From Isurus oxyrinchus (taxonomy: Eukaryota), in NCBI GenBank assembly GCA_026770705.1, contig JANJGN010000052.1, positions 2,294,001 through 2,358,000 on the forward strand: DNA of 64,000 nt. The letters run 5' to 3'. The notes beneath the pieces are model-generated. The model was not told the origin of the DNA. It did no database searches and saw nothing but the letters and a program-made list of their open reading frames with translations. The stretch's first letter is position 1. The number at the start of each line of letters is the position of its first letter. The position numbers and the translations under genes were made by a program. Of the stretch, positions 49,478 through 62,406 are shown one piece after another.

Positions 49478-49774
49478 ATTTCACAGATAAACCCACGATA
49501 TTCCCTGCTGAAATTATTGCAGGAAAGCGTATGGATGTAAGCTGCACCTTCAACACAACGTGCAATGGAACAGCAGCGCCTGTCTTAACCTGGGACACTC
49601 CCACTGACGTCCCTGGATCAGTCTCAAACACTGTAACTCAGCATGGTGTCACTCTGACCTATACTTCTGTTCTGACCCTGACCCCATCACTCAAACACCA
49701 CGGACACACACTCAGCTGCAGAGTGAGATATCCATCTGTTTCATCGGAGCGGACCCTCGTACTAACTGTGCAAG
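49478..49774 (+). CDS. Gene D C2-set exon, intact
   Basis: 297 bp, AG/GTAAGT, phase 1-1. Confidence 0.75.
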
Positions 49775-50097
49775 GTAAGTACAGACACCCTTCATTCTAC
49801 ATCAGCACTCCCTCAGCGCTGACCCTCTGACAGTGCAGCCCGTTCTCAGTGTCCACATTCTCATGCCTCTCAAAGTGCTTCACAGTCGATAGAAGTTAAT
49901 TGATCTTTATTTGATTATTGCTGAATGAAGAGACAAGCTGTCTAAACTTTACATCTCGCACACACCATTCTCCATGGCAACACCTCCACCTATCAGAGAC
50001 CACTTGCCAACCAATCAGCACTCTCTTCCCATTAAGTATAAATTGTTGTTCACTTTCTGTTGGTAATCCTGTGAACGGGCTTCTTGATTCCTGCCCT

Positions 50098-50250
50098 GAC
50101 ATCTTAATGTCCCAATGAACAGAACAAGTTCCAACAATGAGCTGTGGTTGGTGATTCCTCACGTTACATCCAGGGACACTGGAGACTATCAGTGTGTGGC
50201 AGAGAATGAACATGGAGCAGTGGAGGGATTCATAACCATCACTGTGGAAC
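50098..50250 (+). pseudogene. 5'-truncated Ig repeat exon (gene D)
   Basis: Same truncation point as 17325-17477. Confidence 0.8.
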
Positions 50251-51928
50251 GTGAGTGTACACAGACTTCAACATCTCTCGCAGATTCGAACACGACACAA
50301 ACACCCTCAAACATACACATCTAAGTAGACACATGCAGACACACATATATGACCACACAGAAAGACACACTCACACACAAACACACTAACACACACTCCC
50401 CTGTGGGCTACCTGACCTCCCTCAGTACTGCCCTGGAGAGTTGGCCTGAATTCTGGGATTTGTGTTCCCATTCATATTTATGCAAGAATATGGAAATTAC
50501 AAAGTCTATTACAGACAGTCAGATGCATAGAGACACTCACAGATACTCTCTGCCTCTCCAACTCTCTCTCTCCCTTTAAGAAGCTTCCTGAAAGCTCACC
50601 CTTCGAACAATCACCGGTCCCAAATCCTCCTTATCTGATTTGTGTGATTTTCTTTGTGTATTTGAGAGTAAGAGAGAGGTGGAGAGGTTTAGGAGGAGAA
50701 TTCCTGTTGGTGAAAAGCTTACATCATGTTCTCACCTTTCCTGTGCCCATATTTCACATGATGTCCAATGTCCTTGTTCATAATGGGAATTGCCTATGTA
50801 AACATCACGCTGTAGTTACATTCTCCTACCAGTGGTGGCATTGTAGCACTTAATCCTTGTGTTTCCCAGCTTTTCAAGCAACTCCACTTCCCAGTTTGCT
50901 CCACAAGCTGTGAGTTCATTGGAATTCAATTATTTCTCAAACGGTAGATTTGATGTCATTTTATTGAAAACTTCCTCAGTGCCTCCCTGAAGGGTTTACA
51001 CTCTCTGGGAAGCAGGAATAGGCTGGATGTTGGGGAGTTCATCTTTTCCCAAAGAGTAGTGATCCTCAGGAATGTGCTGTCAGTGGGTGTGGTGGTTGCT
51101 GATTCTCTGTCGCCTTCAAGAGGGATCTGGAGTCGTTACTGACTGGGGGAGAGATCATGGAAACGGAGAATGATACAGCACAGGAGGAGGCCATTCAGTC
51201 CATTGTGCCTGTGCCAGGTCTTTCAATGTTCTATCCAATCAGATCCAATAACCACCATTCCAATTTGCCACCATCTTCCTCCTTTAAGTATTTATCCAAT
51301 TTCCCTTTTGAAAGTTCCTATTGAATCTGCTTCCACCGCCCTTTCAGGCAGCACCTTCCAGATCACAACAACTCGCTCTGTCAAAACAAATTCTCCTCAT
51401 CTCCCCCTCCGGTTCGTCAATCTGTGTCCCTCTGGTTACCGAGCCTCCTGCCCCTTAAGTACATTGATACTGTTCACCTCAACCACTCCCTGTGGGAGCG
51501 AGTTCCACATTCTCCCCTCTCTCTGGGTAAAGATTGGAACTGTTTATTAAGTGAGGCCTGTAAGTCCGTGGGGGAGTCCATCTCGATCCTGCCCGATTCG
51601 TACACGCGTCCGAGATGGATTTCCACCCTGCACTAAACGTTTCCAGAATTTTCTACAGCACAATCCTGTACACAACGATTGGGAGAAACATTGGACAGGG
51701 AGTCCAACAGCACAATGATCCATTCTCACCAATGTTCCACGCTAAGGGGAAAGTTCCGATTGTCCACTCTTAGAGTGTTTACAATGAAAACATTCATTCC
51801 ACATTGAATCCCAGTGGATGGGTCAATATTACAGCAAATGTTGCAGTGATATGAAGCTTGATTGTTCAGCCAGAGTGAGAGATTGAAAGCGGAGAGTCAG
51901 TGATGATTTCTTTCTGTGTGTTCTCTAG

Positions 51929-52068
51929 ACAGTGGAGGAGAGATTCTGCACGTGATCCTGATCCTGGGAATACGAGCTGTGATATTCCTTGTGGCTGTGG
52001 TTATCACTATCGCTGGAGTCTGTGTCTGGGAGAGACAAACAGTGAAAGGAAGTCGACAGCCTGTTTGA
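51929..52068 (+). CDS. Gene D terminal TM exon with intramembrane Arg and short tail
   Basis: SGGEILHVILILGIRAVIFLVAVVITIAGVCVWERQTVKGSRQPV*. Confidence 0.78.
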
Positions 52069-52754
52069 AGCTTTGTACAGCAACAATCTGGTCAGTCAGT
52101 GCGGACAAATAATGTGTGATGTTGGGTTAAGTTGTAATGAAACTGGTCAGTGTCCTGGTTAGAATCACCTTCGTATCAGAGAGGCATTCCAGCACAGTGG
52201 GAGCCCATTCAGCCCATTGAGTCCATGCACATTATGCTCCTCCAGCACGATGGGAGGGACTGTGATGGTTACGGGGGTGGGGGGGGGGTGAAGTGGGAGG
52301 GGATAGAAGCTTACCTGGTGGTATTGCCTCAGACCCACCCTTTTTCAAGCTGATCCAATGTCGCAGTTGAAGAATAAGCTACAAAACAAATTGGCAGGGG
52401 AGGTCTCCCAGGGCCTGTGGGAGACATCACCCACTGCATCTTCGGCCTGTTTGAAGGGGCACCCGAACAATTCCGGCTTTTCCAAATGATGAGGAAGACA
52501 CAGCTGCACCCCGAGTCCCCTACTGGGGATCCAGAAGGTTGCAATAGCGCTGCGAGGGACTCATGGGCTCCACAGTGACTCCCTAATTAGCGACTGGAAG
52601 GTTTATGTTCATTTATCTTTATTATCCGTTCATGTTGAGCCATGGAGCTCCTGATCTGACACCTTTCTGTACCTCGTCCAATGCTTCTGTTATCAGGACT
52701 TCCACATCGATGTGAAAGAGCCATGATGATAGCAGACAGTCGCACAATGGGAAT

Positions 52755-55290
52755 GGCACTAGGCCAGTGATCCAGAGGCCCAGGTGAATGCTTTGGAGGT
52801 ACGGGTTCAAATCCCACCACGGCAGCTGGAGGAATTTAGATTCGATTAATCAATAAATTTAATTGATTGATACATTTTTTTCTTATTCATTTCAGGGATG
52901 TTGGTGTCGCTGACTAGGCCAGTATTTGTTGCCCATCCCCATTTGCCATTGAGAAAATATGGATATCTGAGTTAGGATCAGGAGTAGGTCACTCAGTCCC
53001 TCGAACCTGCTCCGCCATTCAGTAAGATCATGGCTGATCTGATTGTCACCTCAACCTCACATTCCTGCCTACCCCCAATGACCTTTCACCCCATTGTTAA
53101 TCAAGAATCTATCTAGCTCTGTGGAAGGGGAGCCAATCAATCGGGCTGCTTTGTCCTGGATGGTGTCAAGCTTCTTGAGTGTTGTTGGAGCTGCACTCAT
53201 CCAGGCATGTGGAGAGTATTCCATCACACTCCTGACTTGTGCGTTGTAGATGGTGGACAGGCTTTGGGGAGTCAGGAGGTGAGTTACTGTCTGCAGGGTT
53301 CCCAGCCTCTGACCTGCTCTTACAGCCACAGTGTTTAAATGGCTGGTCCAGTTCAGTTTCTGCTCAATGGTAACTCCCAGCATGTTGATATTGGGGGATT
53401 CAGTGATGGTAATGCCATTGAATGCCAAGGGGCGATGGTTATGAATGGTCTGTGGGATATTCTGGTACAAAATGTCAACACTCGGACTCCAGATGCAATA
53501 TTCAAGTGGTTCCTTTATTACGCATGTGGGGAGCAAACGCTGGGCAGTCCAGGCGCTTCTCCACCGAGGTTCAAATGAGCACAGTTTATATATTTTTTAC
53601 TCTCAGTTACAAGGTAATGGTATTAGTTAGACAAAGGCCACAGCACAATGACCCTCCAGTGGGCTGATAATTGTGTTCTTGTACAGTAATTACAGGGCAG
53701 AGACTGGCTATTGTCCTTTTGAGACAGCAAAGAATCTATGTTTGTTCAATACAAAAGGTTTCCGGGGGCTGACTGGATGTGGTTCAAGGCCATCGGACGG
53801 TGTGAAATAACCTTCCCCATTTCTTGATTGAGTCACCCAGTGTCCTTGTGTGTGTGTCTCCCATTTCCTCATTGCAAATTTACAGCTGAGCCCTTTGTAC
53901 AGGTTTTTAGCTTTCACGTAAGGATGTGTATGCTTTGGCGCCCTAGCTGCTGGTCCTGGCTGGCTCTTTAAAATAAATCCAAATTTTCAGCGCCTTCAGT
54001 TAGATTCTCTCTTGTTGGAGCTGGTCATTGCCTGGTACTTGTGTGGCATGAATGTTACTTGTCACCTGTCAGCCCAAGCCTGGATGTTGTCCAGGTCTTG
54101 CTGCATTTGGACATAACTTGCTTCAGTATCTGAGGAGCCGTGAATGGTGCTGAACATTGTGCAAACATCAGCAAACATCCCCACTTCTGACCTTATGATG
54201 GAAGGAAGGACATTGATGAAGCAGTTGAAGATGTTTGAGCCTAGGACACTACCCTGAGTAACTCCTGCAGTGATGTCCTGGAACTGAGATGATTGACCCC
54301 CAACAATCACAACCATCGTCCTTTGTGCTGGGTATGACTCCAAGCAGCGGAGAGTTTTCCCCCGATTCCCATTGACTCCAGTTTTGCTCGGGCTCCTTGT
54401 TTTGCCACACTCAGTCAAATGCTGCCTTGATGTCAAGGGCAGTCACTCTCACCTCACCTCTGGAGTTCAGCTCATTTATGCATGTTTGAACCAAGGCTGT
54501 AATGAGGCCAGGAGCTGAATGATCCTGGTGGAACACAAACTGAGCGTCAGTGAGCAGATTCTTGCTAAGCAGGTGCTGCTTGCAAGCACTGTTGATGACC
54601 CCTTCCATCACTTTAGTAATGATCAAGAATAGACTGCTGGGGAATTGGCTGGGTTGGATTTGCCCTGCTTTTTGTGTACAGGACGTACCCCATAGCCAGG
54701 TAGTTGCCAGTGTTGCAGCTGTACTAGAAAATTCCAGAAAAGCTTGGCTAGGGGCGCAGCAAGTTCTGGAGCACAAGTCTTCAGTACTATTGCCGGAATA
54801 ATGTCAGGGTCTGGAGCATTTGCAATATCCAGTGCCTTCAGCCCTTCCTTGATATCACGTGGAATTAATCGAATTGGCTAAAGATTGGCATCTGTGATGC
54901 TGGGGACCTCAGGAGGAGGCCGAGATGGATCACCCACTCAGCACTTCTGGCTGAAGATTGTTGTGCATGCTTCAGTCTTGTCTTTTGCACCGATGTGCTG
55001 GGCTCCTCCATCATTGAGGATGGGGATATTTGTGGAGCCTCCTCCTCCAGTGAGTTGTTTAATTGTCCACGACTGGATGTGACATCTGGAATGCGAAGCT
55101 AGTCTCAGTAATGGTGACCATGAAACTAAGGCCAATTGTTGCAAAAACCCATCTGGGTCACTAATGCCCTTTGGGGAAGGAAACCTGCCGTCCTTACCCA
55201 TTCTGGCCTACGTGTGACTCCTGACCCACAGCAATGTGGTTGACTCTTAACTGGCCCCTGAAATGGCCGAGCAAGCCACTGAGTTATATC
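52755..55290. mobile_element. HE1-like tRNA-derived SINE (52755-52860 and 55085-55290) split by a minus-strand LINE (about 52890-55080), itself interrupted at about 53450-54000
   Basis: B-box gggttcaaatccc; the SINE body resumes at aatggtgaccatgaaac. RT motifs ALDIKAAFD, AGVTQGSVLG, MFAD and TESPNINMLGVTIEQKLNW. Confidence 0.65.
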
Positions 55291-56924
55291 AAAACCCGCC
55301 ACAGACCAGTCAAACCAGGTGAACTGCAGCACTTCGAAAAGGCAGCTCAGCACCCCCTTCTCAAGGGGTCAGTCAGGAACAGGTAACAAACGCTGTCCAC
55401 ATCCCGTGAAAGAATTTTGGTAAAAAGGTAGCCGTGTATCACCACCCACGGCCAGCGCCAACCCCCCCACCCCTACCTGATTGCACCAGTTTCAGATTAC
55501 ACCAGGTCAATGAACGGATAGAAACTCAAACCAATGAGATGAGCACAGAGAAGGATCAAGCCAGAGAGAGTTGGTGGGAAGAATTGGGAAAGCAACAAAA
55601 AAGGCAGAGCGGACACTAACACTATAACAAAGTAAAGACCAGAGGAGGAAGGAAGCAAGTGCGAAGAGGAATTGAGAGTAGAGCTGGTAGGCTGCTTGTC
55701 AAAGCCATGAAACATCCATAGGTCACACGCACAGTGCGTTTGGGGAGGGAGTTACATGATTTTGACCCAGGATCATCAAGTTTTGCACTGGCAGAGCCGT
55801 TAAAGAAAAGGGAGCTTCACTACCCGTGTCCCCCGCCCAACAAAGCTGTTGACATGCCGAGTCCACCTGTACAGGCAACCTCCAGACAGTTGACTACAAA
55901 GGCCATTGCAGCTGCTGAATATGACTTCCAGTTTCAAAACCTTCATGAATACAAGGATGGGGGATTCAGCAGGAATATTCCTGCACATCCTGTGGCAGAT
56001 CCTGTAAATAAAAGGGACCTTCACTCACTCCTCAAAGCTGCTGACCTGCTGATTCACATCTACAGGCAACCTCCAAACAGTCGACTAGAGAAGACAATGC
56101 AGCTGCTGAATGTGACTCCTAGCATCAAACCCTTCACTCTGGAAAGAAGGAATCCAGAGCAATGGGCCTCATTATGATACTTGACAGAAACTGATTTTAA
56201 ATCTCATCTCTAAGTATTATTTTTCCTTTGCTTACATTTTAATCCCTGCACCTGATGGCTTTATCGCTTCAACATAAATAACTTGCGGCAGGAGCCAGGT
56301 TCAAATGGAATGGACAAGCAGGCTCGGGGGGCCAAAAGGCCTACTCCTGCTTCTGTTTATTTATGTTGGTGTTGTTATGTAGTGGAACTAGAGAGGTTAT
56401 AGCAGTTATGAGAACATTAAGCAAACAGCAGCAAGAATTGAACACCTACGTTGTGGTTTATGAAAAGGTTTTCAACCTGGTCAACTGGTAAAATCTGTTG
56501 AAAGTGGGCTATCATGGCGTGTGCCCTTTGTGAGATATTTGTAACAACGTTCTCGATGTCGGAACAGTTTGCATTGAACAAAGCTGATCTTTACCCAGAA
56601 CTTCAGAGGAAGGGGGGACAATTGTTCCCTGGTGTGGGGGCATGGTGGGGGGGGAGGGTGAGGGGGAGACAAGTAGCCTGAAATACCAAGCCAGACACTT
56701 TGTGAAGACAAAAGTTGTTTTTTCATTTTTTTTTTTACAAAGCACAATATTTGCAATTAAAGTCCCGACAAGATGATGGTGAATCATGAACACATTGTCG
56801 GGGTGAATCTGTGCCCGGGAGCATAAAGCAGCAAAATCAGGAGCCCGCTTTACATCTCTCTGAATTTTAACTATCATTAACCCCAGTAACATCCATTCAA
56901 ATGACTTAGTCATAAGATTCCTCA

Positions 56925-57540
56925 CACATTCACTTGCACACTCACACACCCACACCCACACAGACACACTGACACACTCACTCATTCACATTGACACACA
57001 CTGACACAGTCACACACACCCACACAGACACACTGACACACTCACTCATTCACATTGACACACACTGACACAGTCACACACACCCACACAGACACACTGA
57101 CACACTCACTCATTCACATTGACACACACTGACACAGTCACACACACCCACACAGACACACTGACACACTCACTCATTCACATTGACACGCACTGACAGT
57201 CACACACACCCACACAGACACACTGACACACTCACTCATTCACATTGACACACACTGACAGTCACACACACCCACACAGACACACTGACACACTCACTCA
57301 TTCACATTGACATACACTGACACAGTCACACATACACACACACACACACGCTGACACAATCACACACATTCACATTGACACACACATATTGACAGTCACA
57401 CATACACACACACACTCACTCATAAAGACAGACACAAACACAGCCACGCACACACTAACACATACTCACACACACTCACTCACGCACACACACATTGATA
57501 CACTCAAACACTCACAGACACACTCACATACTCACACATA
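56925..57540. repeat. CA-rich minisatellite (about 58-bp unit)
   Basis: cacagacacactgacacactcactcattcacattgacacacactgacacagtcacacacacc repeated. Confidence 0.9.
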
Positions 57541-57614
57541 AACAAAGAAGTTTACATTATAAACACTATAAACACAGGTTAGATTAAAAGTGCAGTATAT
57601 TGGTACAAAGATAG

Positions 57615-57900
57615 GTCATAATGAAAACTTCAATATGAGATCGTCACTAATAAATCCAATGGGGAATTCAGGAGAAATATCTTTACCCAGACAGTGGGGA
57701 GAATGTGGAACTCGCTCCCACAGAGAGTGGTCGAGGTGAATAGTGTCGATGTATTTAAGGGGAAGCTGGATAAACACACGAGGGAGAAATGAATAGAAGG
57801 ATATGGTGATGGGGTGAGATGGAGAAGGGGTGGGCGGAGACTCGTGTGGAGCAGAAACTCCAGCATGGAACAGATGGGCCAAATGGCTTCTTTCCCTGCT
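57615..57900 (+). mobile_element. CR1-like LINE 3' tail
   Basis: ttcaggagaaatatctttacccagacagtggggagaatgtggaactc...gatgggccaaatggc. Confidence 0.65.
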
Positions 57901-58031
57901 GTAAAACGCAGGTAAAGTTTCAGTTGGAATTAATGAACAGGGCCTGTGTGAAATAGATTGCTAAGCAGTAGATAAGGAGGGGAGAGGCTGTGGCATGGTG
58001 CAGGATGACCTTGCGTGAATGAGGCCAGGGT

Positions 58032-58148
58032 CTAATATCTACAGCAGATACCACAAGTCTCATTTGGTTCTCTCCAATTACAGCAGTTACAGCAGAATCT
58101 GCAGTGCCGCTGTCTGCTCATTCTCTTCTGGCGCTGCAGCAAGGAGCC
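58032..58148 (-). CDS. hamp: Hepcidin-like gene exon 3 (furin site plus mature 8-Cys peptide)
   Basis: cttttccAG acceptor, phase 0, 117 bp: GSLLQRQKR-MSRQRHCRFCCNCCNWREPNETCGICCRY*. The C-x2-CC-x-CC-xn-C-x2-CC pattern is the hepcidin signature. Confidence 0.9.
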   Translation of the reverse strand, partial: GSLLQRQKRMSRQRHCRFCCNCCNWREPNETCGICCRY

Positions 58149-58609
58149 CTGGAAAAGCAGGAGGACAATAGGTGAGAACATTCCGGAAAGAAAGAAGGCA
58201 TCATTTCAATCAGGCGCGTCATTGGAAGGAGGATGGCGCATTTCTATAGCGCCTTTCCCCTCCTCAGGATGGCCCAAAATGTTCAACAGCTGAAGGAAGG
58301 ACGTTTTCTGAAGTGAGCACACCGCTGTAATGTAGGAAACGCAGCAGGCAATTCACGCACAGCAAGATCCCACAAACAGAAATGTGATAATGGCCCCGAT
58401 TTTCAGTTTTTTACCAATGTCAGTTGAGGGATAAATGTTTGCCCCAGGAAAGCGGACATAACTCCACCCCATCCACCCCCCATCACCCCCTCCACACATA
58501 CCCCCAACTCCTGACGCACTTCATTTAAATTGTGGCCATGGAATCCTCTACATCCATCTGAGAGGGCAGATGTTGTCTCAGTTTAACATCTCATCTGAAA
58601 GACAGCGCC

Positions 58610-58915
58610 TTCAACAGTGCAGCACCCCCTCAGTACTGACCCTCCGACTGTGCAGCACTCCCTCAGTACTGACCGTCTGACAATGCAGCACCCCCTCAGT
58701 ACTGACCCTCCAACAGTGCAGCACTCCCTCAGTACTGACCGTCTGACAATGCAGCACCCCCTCAGTACTGACCCTCCGACTGTGCAGTCCCCCGCCGGTA
58801 CTGACCCTCTGACAGTGCAGCACTCCAAGACTGACCGTCTGACAATGCAGCACCCCCTCAGTACTGACCCTCCGACTGTCCTGCCCCCCCGCCGGTACTG
58901 ACCCTCCGACAGCTC
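58610..58915. repeat. 33-bp minisatellite in hepcidin intron 2 (another at 60920-61130)
   Basis: agtactgaccctccgactgtgcagcactccctc units. Confidence 0.85.
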
Positions 58916-59759
58916 GGTAATTTCTCAATTATGCCTGGTGGTCCTTTTAACTCAGAGCTGAGAGTTGCAGAGAATCGAGCACACATCCTGAACTGACACT
59001 TGCAGTGCAAGTACTGGGAGCGCGCTGGTCATTATCATGCTGCTGTCTGTGGGATCTTACTGTGCGCCAATGGCTGATTCTTTTCCCACATTACATCAGT
59101 GACCTCACATGAAAGAAAAAAAGCACTTGATTGTCTGCGAAACACTTTGGGATGTCCTGATGTGTTGGAAGGCGCTAGAGAAATGCAAGTCCTCTTTGTC
59201 TTTCACTCGATCCTCTAAGGTGTCTGTTGATTAACCAGCCTCTCGGTGTATGATGTAGGCCTAGTTATAAACAGTTAGAAGGATCAAATATCAAAAATGC
59301 TTTGGCTGACAGTCAAACCGATTGTGCATTCGGAGAGATGAGATACGGTCTGCACACAATGACTCCAGTCTCTGGCACTGACTGCCGCCTGGGGTCTCCC
59401 TTCCACATAACACTCACAACTTGCATTTACACAGCGCCTCTGACATTGCAAAATGTCCCAGCCCACATTACCGGAGCGTAAATCAGAGAGAAGTCTAACA
59501 CTGAGTCACATATGGAGATATTAGGGTTAGGTGACCAAAAGCTTGGTCAAAGATGTCAGTTTTTAAGGAGCGTCTTAAAGGAGAGAGAGAGAGAGAGGCA
59601 GAGAGGTTAAGGGAGGGTATTCCGGAGCTCAGGGCCCCAGGCAGCTGAAGGCACGGCCGCCAATGGTGGAGCGATGGGAATCAGGGGGACCCGGGAGATG
59701 CAGTAATGTCAGAGATTTTGGAGGAACATCGGGACCGGAGGAGGTGTTCTCCTGCTCCA

Positions 59760-60220
59760 TATATCTCTCTCTCTTCCTCTCATCCACTCCTCCTCTCCCT
59801 GTCTCTCTCTCTCCTACTCTTCCGCTCAATTGCCCTCTCTCCCAATCTTTCTCTCCTCTCTCCCTTTTCCTGTCTCTCTCCCTCTCTCTCTCCCTGTCTC
59901 CTTCTCCCACTCTGTATCTCTCCCTCTCTCTCACACTATTTTTGTACCTTTCGCTCACTCTGTAACTCTCCCTTCCCTGTTAATTTCTCTCTCTTGGACA
60001 ATCTCTCTTCTCTTTTCACTTTCCCTCACTCTGCATCTCTTCTTTAATTTCTCCCTCTGTCACTCTCTCCCACCTATGTTCTTTCCCTTTCACCCCTCCC
60101 CGTCCCACTCTCTGTCTCTCTCTTCCAATCCCTCCCTCCCCCATTCCATCCCTCTCTCCGACTCTCGACTCCCAGCCTCTCTTTAACCCACTCCCAGGCT
60201 GGATCAGTCTCCCTCTCACT
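59760..60220. repeat. CT-rich low-complexity tract
   Basis: (TC)n-like composition. Confidence 0.85.
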
Positions 60221-60449
60221 ATTCCCGGCGTGGGTTACATTTAAAATTCCTGTGGGGATATGTTCACTTCCTTGGAATTGCCTCTTCCCAGCTTTGCAAA
60301 AAAAGGGGGCGGGGGGGGTTCGATTTCAAACATGCCTCCTGAGTATAACCGAGACAGACTGCCACTGAAATCAGCTTGAAATCAGAAAACTTTCTGTGGA
60401 AGAAACGAGCAGGGAGAAACCTTAAAATAAGGAATGAATTTCCACCTAC

Positions 60450-60506
60450 CGTGTCCGGGGAATCCACAGATTTCTCAATCGTCGAAGAACCTAAAGCAGT
60501 GTCAAC
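60450..60506 (-). CDS. hamp: Hepcidin-like exon 2 (prodomain) VDTALGSSTIEKSVDSPDT
   Basis: ttctttttgcAG acceptor and ACG|GTAGGT donor; 57 bp, phase 0-0, matching the short phase-0 middle exon of HAMP genes. Confidence 0.72.
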
Positions 60507-61204
60507 CTGCAAAAAGAAAGAATTTATCAGGGAGAAAGTGAGAGGAGGATTGAGGGAGAGGGAGAGAGAGAGAGAGAGGTACAGGAGAGAGAGGGGGAGG
60601 AGGACAGACTTGCATTTCTCTAACGCCTTTCACCACATCCCAAAGCATTTCACAGCCACTGAAGGATGTTTTTGAAGTGCACTCACACTGTAGGAAATGT
60701 GGCAGCTGATTTGTGCACAGCAAGATCCCACAAGTAGCAATGTGATCATGGCCTAGATCATCTGTTTTTGGTGATGTTGGTTGAGGGATAAATATTGGTC
60801 CCAGGACACTGGGGAGAACACCCCCTGCTCTTCCTCCAAATAGTGGCTGTGGGATCTTTCACACCCGCCCGAGAGGGCAGACGGGGGACTCGGTTTAATG
60901 TCTCATTCAACATTGTTGTGCTCCCTCAGTACTAACCCTTTGACACTGCAGCACTCCCTCAGTACTGACCCTCCGACAGTGCAACACTTCCACAGTACTG
61001 ACCCTGTAACAATGCAGCACTTCCTCAGTACTGACCTCCGACAGTATAGCACTCACTCAGTACTGTCCCTCCAATAGTGCAACACTTCCACACTACTGAC
61101 CCTCTGACAGTGCAGCACTCCCTCAGCACGGAGTGTTGACCGACGTTATGGGACTGAATTCCGTGGAGTGAGACTCAGACCAGAGATTTAGGTAGGGTTG
61201 TTCC

Positions 61205-62230
61205 GGCTGGAGGAGGTTACAGAGATAGGGAGGGTTGTAGAGGCTGTAGAAGGTTACAGAGATAGGGAGGGTTCTAGAGGCTGTAGGAGGTTACAGAGAT
61301 AGGGAGGGTTGTAGGGGCTGTAGGAGGTTACAGAGATAGGGAGGTGAGTAGGGGCTGTAGGAGGTTAAAGAGATGGGGGGGTTGTGGGGCTGGAGGAGGT
61401 TACAGAGGTAGGGAGGGTTGTAGAGGCTGGAGGAGGTTACCAAAATAGATACTGTTGTAGGGGCCACAGTAGGTTACAGAGATAGGGAGAGTTATAGTGT
61501 GGAGAGGACGTTATAGAGTTCATGAGCATTGTAGGGGCTGGAGGAGGTGACAGTGATTCTGAGGGTCGTGGGGCCTGGAGGAGGTTACAGAGATAGGGAG
61601 GGTTGTAGGGTCTGGAGGAGGTTACAGAGATAGGGAGGGTTGTAGGGTCTGGAGCAGGTTACAGAGATAGGGAGGGTTGTAGCGTCTAGAGGAGGTTACA
61701 GTGATCATGAGGGTTGTGGGGCCTGGGGGAGGTTACAGAGATAGGTAGGGTTGTAGGGGCTGGAGGAGGTTACAGAGATAGGGAGGTTTATAGGGGCTGG
61801 AGGAGGTTACAGAGATAGGGAGGGTTGTAGGGGCTGGAGGAGGTTACGGAGATAGGGAGTGTTGTAGGGTCTGGAGGAGGTAACAGAGATAGGGACAGTT
61901 GTAGGGGCTGGAGGAAGTTACAGAGATAGGGACGGTTGTAGGGGCTGGAGGAGGTTACAGATATAGGGAGGGTTGTAGCGGCTGGAGGAGGTTACAGAGA
62001 TAGGGAGGGGTGTAGGGGCTGGAGGAGGTTACAGAGATAGGGAGGGTTGTAAGGCCTGGTGGAGGTTACAGAGATAGGGAGTGTTGTAGGGGCTGGAGGA
62101 GTTTACAGAGATAGGGAGGGTTGTACGGGCTGGAGGAGGTTACAGAGATAGGGAGGGCTGTAGGGGCTGGAGGATTTTACAGAGATAGGGAGGGTTGTAC
62201 GGGCTGGAGGAGGTTACAGAGATAGGGAGT
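61205..62230. repeat. 37-bp minisatellite in hepcidin intron 1
   Basis: ggaggaggttacagagatagggagggttgtaggggct repeated about 27 times. Confidence 0.92.
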
Positions 62231-62406
62231 CGCTGAGGAGGGATTGAAAACAAGAATGAGAATTTCAGGGGAAACGACAGAAGGAAATGATGTTAAATTC
62301 ATAGAGGGCGACAATATTAAAGGCACGAACATAATAATATCAAACTGCGGAAGAGACCAGTCTATCTGGGTGGTAGACGTAGAGTCATGTGCAAGAAACA
62401 CCTCAC

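Noticed and set aside
52755-52830. tRNA gene
   Set aside because: Only a B-box-like head continuing into a SINE body; no cloverleaf.
55734-56177. 147-aa ORF between gene D and hepcidin
   Set aside because: No true ATG start, splice support or recognisable domain; it lies in repeat-rich sequence.
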